The notes beneath the pieces were generated by a model that saw nothing but the letters and a program-made list of their open reading frames with translations, was not told the origin of the DNA and made no database searches. From an uncultured Verrucomicrobiota bacterium (GTDB taxonomy: Bacteria; Verrucomicrobiota; Kiritimatiellia; CAIQIC01; Lenti-01), in contig CALMNW010000014.1 in NCBI GenBank assembly GCA_937872095.1, positions 18,512 to 82,511 of the forward strand: a stretch of 64,000 nt of DNA, in the 5' to 3' direction. The position numbers were made by a program, and so were the translations under genes. Below, piece by piece: positions 34,076 to 41,570 of the stretch; the first letter of the stretch is position 1; every line of letters begins with the position of its first letter.

Positions 34076-34474
34076 ATGAAAAAATTCGATATCGCAAAGG
34101 GCCTCGTGGCTTTGGTTTGCCTGGTTGCCGTCATCGGCCTGACCGGATGCGACGACGACGTGTTCGACGTCCATCCGAACAGCATTGGCGGGGCTTGGTC
34201 GTGCACCTTCACCCGGGCCGGCGACGTCACGCTGTATGAAAGTTGGTTCTTCAACCAGAGCGGCAGCACCGTGTCCGGCTACTACACCTTCAAGGGCGAC
34301 CGCTACACCTTCAGCGGCTCCTACGACGACGACGACGGGGAATTCCGCGCCGTCGATTCGGACAACTGGACGCTCAGCCTGGACTTCGACGAGGAAGACG
34401 AGGGCAAAGGCACCATTTCCGGCGTCTCGGGCACCGGCGGTTTCCAGACCTGGAACGCCAAGCTCTCGCGTTGA
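34076..34474 (+). CDS. Small lipoprotein, paralogue B
   Basis: Lipobox 'IGLTGC'. 'GAWSCTFTRAG...FNQSGSTVSGYYTFKGDRYTFSGSY...AVDSDNWTLSLDF'. The upstream region is also similar to that of paralogue A ('ccgcttgcaa', 'gaaagga.cg.aaaatg'). Confidence 0.6.
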   Translation: MKKFDIAKGLVALVCLVAVIGLTGCDDDVFDVHPNSIGGAWSCTFTRAGDVTLYESWFFNQSGSTVSGYYTFKGDRYTFSGSYDDDDGEFRAVDSDNWTLSLDFDEEDEGKGTISGVSGTGGFQTWNAKLSR

Positions 34475-34498
34475 TCGGCTTTGGGAAGCCGGGCGGCG

Positions 34499-35281
34499 TC
34501 AGCGCGCCGCCCGGCAGATGAAAATGCGGTAGTCCAGATCGGCCTGGAAGCCAGCGGCCGTTTCCCGATAAGCCGGGCAGCGGCCGTCGAATTCCGCCGC
34601 CATTTCCGCTCGGATCCGGCGCAGATCGGACTCATTCAGGCCATAGCGCAAGCCGAGTTCCCGGGCCTCCAGATGTAGGGTCGGCGCGGGGCGGACGTCC
34701 TCGATCCGCCAGCCGGCGGCCGCCAGCCGCTCCCGCAGATCGGCCATGGTCGGATACCATTTTTCCGTGCGCATCTTGCGGTAGAGCGCGTTGAGACAAG
34801 CCGCATCCTCCGCCCGTTCGAAGCACGCGGTCTGGTGCACCCAGCCTTCGTCCGGCTCCGCCTGCGCGCGCAGATGCCGCAGCAGCGGATCGAGGCCGTC
34901 TTCGCCCGCGTAGTGCAGCACCGAGCGCATGATCCACAGCGTCCGCCGACCCGCCGCCGCCACCGCGGCGCGCCGGAAGGCTCCCGCGCTCGCCCGCACG
35001 CAGGCCAGTCCCGCCTTTTCGGCTTCGGCCAATTGCGGCGCCGAGTCGTCCAGGACCGTCAGGGGCACGTCGGCGACGCCCGCCGCGCGGATCTGCGCCA
35101 GCAAATAGCCCGTCCCCCCGCCCAAGTCCACGATCCGGTCCGGCCGCGCCGCGTTCCAAACCTCGCGCACCGCCGCGACCAGCGGCCGCGCGACGTCCGG
35201 ATCCCCAAAGTAGCCGCCGTGCATCCGCGCCCACGATACGCCGTGGATCGACTGCTCCGGACCCAATTCGTCCGCGTTCAT
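34499..35281 (-). CDS. Class I SAM-dependent methyltransferase
   Basis: Motif I 'RIVDLGGGTGYLLAQI'. Its start overlaps the stop of the upstream beta-helix gene by 4 nt. Confidence 0.75.
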   Translation of the reverse strand: MNADELGPEQSIHGVSWARMHGGYFGDPDVARPLVAAVREVWNAARPDRIVDLGGGTGYLLAQIRAAGVADVPLTVLDDSAPQLAEAEKAGLACVRASAGAFRRAAVAAAGRRTLWIMRSVLHYAGEDGLDPLLRHLRAQAEPDEGWVHQTACFERAEDAACLNALYRKMRTEKWYPTMADLRERLAAAGWRIEDVRPAPTLHLEARELGLRYGLNESDLRRIRAEMAAEFDGRCPAYRETAAGFQADLDYRIFICRAAR

Positions 35282-36777
35282 GGCGCCCGCCGTTTCGCCG
35301 GCGTATGGCTGATCAGCATCCGGAACAGCAGGTGCTCCGGCATCGCTCCCGGCGCCGTGACCTCCTGGGTATGCACTTGGAACTGGCCGGCGGCCATGCC
35401 GGCGTTGGTATGGGCCAGCACGGGTTCCCAATACGGATGCAGGGGATCGGTCGCCACGTTCGTCGCGGCCTGCAGGCGGTAGATGCCCCGATCCTGCACG
35501 TCCCACTTGAATTGCAGCACGTTGGCGGCCACCGACCGGATGTCGTTGAAATGGAACCCGTATTCATAGGCCCCCATGTCGCAATTGGTGCTGACCATCC
35601 CCGGCTTGCCCTGGCGCGGCCGCGGATTTCCGTCGATGTCCGTCTGCGGCGCGCCGTTGGTCGTGCCGGCGTCGATGCAGAACGAGGCCGTCGCCAGCCG
35701 GAAATCCCATGCCCCCGCATCTACGAAAGCGGGGGCGTTCGTTATGTTCGGCCAGAAGTAGTTGGAGGTCGTGCAGCAATTGCTGACGATGCAAGACGAG
35801 ACCGTATCGTGCGCATCCAGATTGGCGATGCCCGGCGCCGAATTGAAATAGAGGATATCGTTGACGAACCGCGTGGTATAGGCGAACGCTCCGCCCCCGG
35901 AATTGCCCGCGACGTTGGACACGATCGTGCAGTTGACCACGGGCGACAGCGTGCCCGCCGGCCCGCTGGACCGGATACCTCCCCCGTACTGTACCGCGTG
36001 GTTGCCGGCGATCACGCAGTTGACGACCATCGCGGGATTCGTCGAACCCTCATTGGCCATGTAGATTCCTCCCCCGCCCTCGCCGATGGCCTCGTTTCTG
36101 ATGATCTGGCAATTCGAAACCGATCCGCCTTCCTGAATCCAGATGCCGCCCCCGTAGGTAGCCGCCAAGTTGCCAGTGACAACGCAGCGGTTGATGCGGG
36201 CGTATGAGTTGTTGTACAGCACGATCCCCCCGCCGGGTCCGTTGGTGGCGACGTTGCCCGCGATCGTGCAATCCTCCACCAGCGCGTTGGTGGCTTCGCC
36301 GTCGACCATGATGCCGCCGCCGCTCGACGACCAGTTGTTCGTCACCAGGCAATCGCGGACGACGGCGGTGCGGCTGATTTCGATGCCGCCGCCGTAACCG
36401 AAGGACCGGCGGCCGTTGCGCACGGTGAACCCTTCGACCAGGCTGTTGGTGCCGTAGACAAGGAGGCCTTGGCTCAAGCCCTGCGCATCGATGACGGCCG
36501 CCCGGCTCTGCGTGCTTTTCAAGGTCAGCGTTTTGTCGATGGGGATCTGCACGGCGCTGCCCGACAGGAGATACATCCCCGGCGCCACGAGGACTTCGTC
36601 GCCGCTTGCCGCGACGGCGATGGCCGGCTGGATGGCTGCGGCGGCCGTGGCCCAGCTGGTGTACGGCGCCGCCGGCGCCGCGTTCGACACGTCCACGTAG
36701 CGCGTCGTCGCGTACGAGGCGGTGACGCAAACCATCCCCAAAACAATCTCAACACCGGCCAACCGATGGTTCTTCAT
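35278..36777 (-). CDS. Secreted right-handed parallel beta-helix (PbH1/Pmp-like) repeat protein
   Basis: Signal peptide 'MKNHRLAGVEIVLGMVCVTASYA'. At least six rungs of '..C.(I/V)..N.A....GGGI' (GGGIEIS, GGGIMVD, GGGIVLY, GGGIWIQ, GGGIYMA, GGGIRSS). Confidence 0.7.
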   Translation of the reverse strand: MKNHRLAGVEIVLGMVCVTASYATTRYVDVSNAAPAAPYTSWATAAAAIQPAIAVAASGDEVLVAPGMYLLSGSAVQIPIDKTLTLKSTQSRAAVIDAQGLSQGLLVYGTNSLVEGFTVRNGRRSFGYGGGIEISRTAVVRDCLVTNNWSSSGGGIMVDGEATNALVEDCTIAGNVATNGPGGGIVLYNNSYARINRCVVTGNLAATYGGGIWIQEGGSVSNCQIIRNEAIGEGGGGIYMANEGSTNPAMVVNCVIAGNHAVQYGGGIRSSGPAGTLSPVVNCTIVSNVAGNSGGGAFAYTTRFVNDILYFNSAPGIANLDAHDTVSSCIVSNCCTTSNYFWPNITNAPAFVDAGAWDFRLATASFCIDAGTTNGAPQTDIDGNPRPRQGKPGMVSTNCDMGAYEYGFHFNDIRSVAANVLQFKWDVQDRGIYRLQAATNVATDPLHPYWEPVLAHTNAGMAAGQFQVHTQEVTAPGAMPEHLLFRMLISHTPAKRRAP

Positions 36778-36859
36778 AAAACGCATCCCTCCACGAACGA
36801 TCTGGCCGGAAGTGTGCGCCGCAACGCCCTCCGTCGCAAGCGGGAAAACCGCGGCCGGC

Positions 36860-37336
36860 CTAGTTGGTCGGTTCGGCTTCGTCGAGCACGGGCGCAAGCG
36901 TCGCGCGCAGGGTTTCGCGGTTGCCGTTTTCCAGCACGCGCCGGAAGCCGTCTAGGAAATACAGGCCCGAGCTGCCGGCCGGCGCCCCTTCCGGATAGAC
37001 GACGGCGGTCAGATAGTAGGCCCGGCGCACGGCGGTCCGCCCGGCGCACGAAAAGCGCAGCGCGGTTTTCTGGCCCGGCCGGTGGAGAATGCCCGGCAGC
37101 GTCGTCCGACCGATTTCGCGCGCCCGGGCATCGGCCTGGCGCGGATCGTATTCATAGAGGCGCGCCACCAGCACGCCCCGTTCCACGGCGGGACCGACCG
37201 GCGGCAAGACGCAGACCGCGTCCACCCGCACCGCGCCGCCCGGCGCGGCGCGATCGGCCGCCGGCGGCGGCCCGTCGATCCGCACGCACCCCGCCCCCAG
37301 CAGGAGCAGTCCCAAAAGCCAACCCATCCGGCGCAT
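36860..37336 (-). CDS. Hypothetical lipoprotein
   Basis: 'MRRMGWLLGLLLLGAGC' lipobox. No recognisable domain. Confidence 0.5.
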   Translation of the reverse strand: MRRMGWLLGLLLLGAGCVRIDGPPPAADRAAPGGAVRVDAVCVLPPVGPAVERGVLVARLYEYDPRQADARAREIGRTTLPGILHRPGQKTALRFSCAGRTAVRRAYYLTAVVYPEGAPAGSSGLYFLDGFRRVLENGNRETLRATLAPVLDEAEPTN

Positions 37337-37628
37337 CGCTTCGTTTCCCTTCCCTCGGGATTGAACCCCAATCCGTCCTGTCCGTCAACCCGTCCCCCAG
37401 GCGCAATAAATCGCGCTTCAAGCCCCCAAAACCCCATTTTTCCACGCTACGGGAATAGCCGAGTGCCGAGCCCAAGCCGCAGGCGCAGGGCGAACGCGAG
37501 GTCTATAGCGCCGCGCTTTGCGCGGCGAGCGAGCGAGGCTCCGCGAGCGGAGCGACAAAAACTTTGCTGGATTTTTCCACACCGTGGAAAAAAAGTTTCC
37601 ACGCTACGTAAAACTTTCGAACCGCGAT

Positions 37629-38339
37629 TTAGCGCGCGGGGGTGCGCAGGGCGATCTGGAGGCACATCAGCGACCAGAAGCAGCCCAGCAGGGCCGAGAG
37701 CGGCATCTGGAGGGCCGTGGGCAGGGCGTAGAGCACCAGCAGGCACGGCGCCCAGAACGTCCAGCCGGGCACCTGGTTCGGCAGCACGATCCGCCGGTAC
37801 CAGCCGGGGCCCAGCTGGAGGCGCGTGGCGCGGAAGGAGTAGTTCTGGTCCTGCCAGAGGTGCGCGACCGCCACGATCGGCGAGGCGTAGAACGGCGAGT
37901 AGACCAGCATGTCCGTCGCCGTCTTCAGCAGCACCGTCGCCAGGGAGGCGTCCGCGCCCCAGATCCGCGCCTGGAGGGCGTAGAACAGATGCGTGTTCGC
38001 GCCCATGAAGCCCCACCACGCCATGCCGAACAGCAGCGCCGCGAACGGCCGCCGCACGCGCAGGCCCGGCGTCAGCGCGCAAAACGCCGCCGGCACCAGG
38101 CCGTTGAAGACCACGCGGGTCAGGACGGTGAATCCGATGCCGTAGCGGGTCTGCCAATCCTCGAGGTGCCGCAGCAGGGCGTGGAAATCCGGCGAAAAAT
38201 AGTAGGCGGCGACGAAGGCCGCCGCCGCGGCCTGCAGCACCAGGCCCGGCACGAGGTTGGCCCGCGCCGCCCGCACGCCGATCTGCCAGGGCGTCGCCCC
38301 GGCCGCCATTTTCCCGGTGGGAACGAATTCGTTTTCCAT
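37629..38339 (-). CDS. Integral membrane protein (weak Mpv17/PMP22-like resemblance)
   Basis: About six hydrophobic helices. C-terminal 'LPNQVPGWTFWAPCLLVLYALP...LLGCFWSLM'. Confidence 0.45.
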   Translation of the reverse strand: MENEFVPTGKMAAGATPWQIGVRAARANLVPGLVLQAAAAAFVAAYYFSPDFHALLRHLEDWQTRYGIGFTVLTRVVFNGLVPAAFCALTPGLRVRRPFAALLFGMAWWGFMGANTHLFYALQARIWGADASLATVLLKTATDMLVYSPFYASPIVAVAHLWQDQNYSFRATRLQLGPGWYRRIVLPNQVPGWTFWAPCLLVLYALPTALQMPLSALLGCFWSLMCLQIALRTPAR

Positions 38340-38351
38340 GGCGCGGACATC

Positions 38352-38948
38352 CTAGGCGCGGCGGGCGCGGAGGAAAAATTCCTCCGGCTCGTCTACGACG
38401 TCGGTCACCGTCCAGCCGGCCGCGCGCAGCTCGTGCGCCAGCTCCGTGCCGGCGGGCATGGCATCGTCCTGGACGCCGGCGTGCCGGGCGTGCATCGCGT
38501 TGAGCTCGCGGCTGCCTTCGAGGTTGGCGACCACCAGTTCCCCGCCGGGCGCCAGCGCCTGCGCGCAACGGCGCAGAAATGCGGCAGCATCGTCCAGATG
38601 CGGGTAGAGGCGGAAACACAGGATCAAATCCCAGGCGGCCGGCTCCAGTTCCGCGTCCTCGGCCCGGCCGCGGATCGCGCTCACGTGGGCGTGTTCGGCC
38701 ACCGCCTGTTCGCAGCGGGCCACCATGCCGGGGCAGGCGTCGAGCGCCAAAACGCGCCCCGCGGCCCCTACCCACTCCGCCAGGCGCGCGGTCAGCGGCC
38801 CCGCCCCGCAGCCGGGCTCGAACACGCGCTTGCCGCGCAGATCGCCGAGCCGGAGGCGCAAACGCTCGATCCGGGGCTCGTGCTCCGGCTTGAAGGCCAG
38901 CGGGTCGTTCTCCGCGGCCAGCGTCTCGAAAAAGGCTTGGCGGTCCAT
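38352..38948 (-). CDS. Class I SAM-dependent methyltransferase
   Basis: Motif I 'RVFEPGCGAGPLTARLA'. Post-I 'VLALDACPGMV'. It lies 13 nt upstream of the membrane protein gene. Confidence 0.75.
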   Translation of the reverse strand: MDRQAFFETLAAENDPLAFKPEHEPRIERLRLRLGDLRGKRVFEPGCGAGPLTARLAEWVGAAGRVLALDACPGMVARCEQAVAEHAHVSAIRGRAEDAELEPAAWDLILCFRLYPHLDDAAAFLRRCAQALAPGGELVVANLEGSRELNAMHARHAGVQDDAMPAGTELAHELRAAGWTVTDVVDEPEEFFLRARRA

Positions 38949-39043
38949 ATCGGGCGGGGATGATGGCGCGACCGCCCCCGGCGGACAAGCCAAAAGCGTT
39001 TTTCGGGTTGCGTCCCGCGCCGGGAGGGTCGAAACTGGTCCCG

Positions 39044-39553
39044 ATGAAGATCGGGTTGCTATCCGATACCCACAACCACTTGCCCGCGACGCGGGGCGCG
39101 CTGGATTTGCTGGTGGCGCGCGGCGCCCGGCATCTCGTCCATTGCGGCGACGCCGGCGAAGACGTCGTGGATCTGCTTTCGGCGACGTGCCAGGCGCACG
39201 GCATCCGCGCCCACGTCGCGCTCGGCAACTGCGATCGGCCGCAACTGGAAGACGCCCGGTTCCGGACCAGTCCCGCCGGCATCGAACGCGCCGAAGCGCC
39301 GGATTTCGTGCTCGCCGGCAAGCGGTGTCTCGTCGTCCACGGCGACCGCGCGGAAGTCCTGCGGCAGGCGCTGCTGTCGAGCCGGTTCGATTTCGTCTTC
39401 ACCGGCCACACCCATGCCCCCGCCGACCAGCGGACCGGTTCCACCCGCCTGCTGAATCCCGGCTCGGTCGCCCGGCCGCGGCAGGGTCCGCCCACGGTCG
39501 CGCTGCTCGATCTCGAAACGGACCAGGTCGATTGGTTCCCGGTGCCCCCATGA
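39044..39553 (+). CDS. YfcE/MJ0936-family metallophosphoesterase
   Basis: 'MKIGLLSDTHNH', 'LVHCGDAG', 'VVHGD', 'FTGHTH'. Confidence 0.8.
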   Translation: MKIGLLSDTHNHLPATRGALDLLVARGARHLVHCGDAGEDVVDLLSATCQAHGIRAHVALGNCDRPQLEDARFRTSPAGIERAEAPDFVLAGKRCLVVHGDRAEVLRQALLSSRFDFVFTGHTHAPADQRTGSTRLLNPGSVARPRQGPPTVALLDLETDQVDWFPVPP

Positions 39554-41505
39554 ACGAACCGAAACGCCCAGCCGACGCCCCCGCCGGGCGGCCCGAAATC
39601 GCGGCCGCCAACGAGGAACGCTACCGGTTGATTTCGTCCGTGGCGACGGACTACGTGTTTTCGTCGGCGCTGACTCCGGAGGGGCAGCTCGTTTTGCAAT
39701 GGGTCGCCGGCGCCTTCGAGCAGATCACCGGCTATGCGTTCGACGAATACGTCGCGCGCGGGGGCTGGCGGGCCGCGGTCCATCCCGACGATTTGGCGCA
39801 GGACGACCGCGATCTGGAAGCGCTCCGCGCCAACCGGGATCTGCGCAGCGAACTGCGCACGCTGGCCAAGGACGGCCGCGTCGTCTGGGTGGAGGTTTCC
39901 GCGCATCCGGTGTGGGACGAAAAGCAAAACCGGCTGGTCGGCATCTACGGCGCCGTCAAGGACGTCACCCGGCGCAAACAGGCCGAAGCCGAAACGCGGG
40001 CCACCTACGAAACGCTGAACGCGTTCATCGATTCCGTCCCGGCCTTCGCCTCGTTCGTGGATGCGGAGGAGCGCTACCAGTTCGTCAACCGCTACCACGA
40101 GAACTGGTTCAAGGATTCCCGGCGGCACTTCATCGGCCGGCGGCTGGCGGACGTCCACCGCCCCAGCACCTACGCGGTCATGCGGCCGTACAGCCAACGG
40201 GCCCTGGCCGGCGAATTCGTCCGCTACGAGCACGAAATGACCGGGCGGGACGGAAAATACTATTGCTTCGACGTCCAGTACATCCCGCGCCGCGCCAGCG
40301 ACGGCACCGTTCTGGGCTATTTCACGCTGGTCTTCGACGTGACCGAACGCGTCTTGCGGGATCGCCAGCAGCTGCGCGCCCAGCGGCTGGAAAGCGTGGG
40401 CCGGCTGGCCAGCGGCATCGCGCACGACCTGAACAACATCCTCTCGCCCGTGCTGATGGGCTCCGACCTGCTGCTCGAAACCGTCCGCGATCCCGCCGAT
40501 CGGGACCTGCTGGAACTGATCAAGGCCAGTTCCCTGCGGGGCGCGGCCATCCTCCGGCAGTTGCTGATGTTCGGCCGCGGGGAACAGGAAGAGCGCGACG
40601 TTTTGCCGCTGGGACCGTTGATCCGGGAGATGCTCAAGATCATCGAGGAAACGTTCCCGAAAAACGTCTCGGTCCGCTCCCGCGTCGCGCCGGAACTCCC
40701 GTCCATCCGCGGGAACGTCACGCACCTACACCAGGTGCTCATGAACCTGTGCATCAACGCCCGGGACGCCATGCCCGGCGGCGGACGCCTGACGCTGGAC
40801 GCCCGCGTCGAGAACGTGGACGAGACCCTGGCCAAAACGTACGCGGCGGCCGCGACGGGACCGCACGTCGTCCTGACCGTGGAAGACACCGGCGGCGGCA
40901 TCCCGGCCGAAATCCTGGACAAGATCTTCGATCCATTCTTCTCGACGAAGCCGGCGGGCAAGGGCACCGGCCTCGGGCTGTCGACGGTCCTGGGCATCGT
41001 CCGCAGCCACCGGGGGTTCATCCGGATCGACAGCCGAACCGGCCAAGGCACGCGGTTCCGGATCTATCTGCCGGTTTGCGCGGAAGAAGAACCGGAGCAA
41101 GCGGCCGCCGTACCGGCGATCCCGCCGAAGGGCCAAGGCGAAGGAATCCTGGTGGTGGACGACGAAGCCGCCGCGCGGCGGATCGCCCGGCAGATCCTGG
41201 AAAAGCACGCCTATCGCGTGTTCGAAGCCAAAAACGGCGAAGAAGCGCTGGCGCTCTACGATCGCGATCCGGCCCGGATCCAGCTCGTGATCACGGATCT
41301 CATGATGCCGGGCATGGATGGAGCCGCGCTGCTCCGGCATCTCCGCCAGACCACGCCGGCGCTGAAAGCGATCGCCATGACCGGCGGATTGTCTCCCGCG
41401 GAAATGGCGCAAGCCATGGAAGCGGAATCCGCCGAATACCTGTTCAAGCCGTTCGGCGCAGACGTGCTGCTGGAGACCGTCCGGCGCGTCCTGCACGACG
41501 GGTAG
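39550..41505 (+). CDS. Hybrid sensor histidine kinase (2 PAS, HisKA, HATPase, REC)
   Basis: PAS regions 'LQWVAGAFEQITGY' and 'RYQFVNRYHENWF'. H-box 'LASGIAHDLNNIL'. 'NLCINARDAM', 'DTGGGIP', 'GTGLGLS'. REC 'ILVVDDE...DLMMPGMDG'. Its start overlaps the upstream stop (ATGA). Confidence 0.85.
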   Translation: MNEPKRPADAPAGRPEIAAANEERYRLISSVATDYVFSSALTPEGQLVLQWVAGAFEQITGYAFDEYVARGGWRAAVHPDDLAQDDRDLEALRANRDLRSELRTLAKDGRVVWVEVSAHPVWDEKQNRLVGIYGAVKDVTRRKQAEAETRATYETLNAFIDSVPAFASFVDAEERYQFVNRYHENWFKDSRRHFIGRRLADVHRPSTYAVMRPYSQRALAGEFVRYEHEMTGRDGKYYCFDVQYIPRRASDGTVLGYFTLVFDVTERVLRDRQQLRAQRLESVGRLASGIAHDLNNILSPVLMGSDLLLETVRDPADRDLLELIKASSLRGAAILRQLLMFGRGEQEERDVLPLGPLIREMLKIIEETFPKNVSVRSRVAPELPSIRGNVTHLHQVLMNLCINARDAMPGGGRLTLDARVENVDETLAKTYAAAATGPHVVLTVEDTGGGIPAEILDKIFDPFFSTKPAGKGTGLGLSTVLGIVRSHRGFIRIDSRTGQGTRFRIYLPVCAEEEPEQAAAVPAIPPKGQGEGILVVDDEAAARRIARQILEKHAYRVFEAKNGEEALALYDRDPARIQLVITDLMMPGMDGAALLRHLRQTTPALKAIAMTGGLSPAEMAQAMEAESAEYLFKPFGADVLLETVRRVLHDG

Positions 41506-41570
41506 ACCCGGCGGCCGCCGCGCAAATATGTCTCGCCAGCGCGCGGCGTCTCTGCGCATGATGGCCGCCG

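Noticed and set aside
37337-37628. Possible small RNA or gene in the 290-bp spacer (repeated 'ttccacgctacg', palindrome 'tttttccacaccgtggaaaaa')
   Set aside because: The spacer is made of the same short repeat modules seen in other intergenic regions. The hairpin is AT-rich and weak, and there is no independent support.
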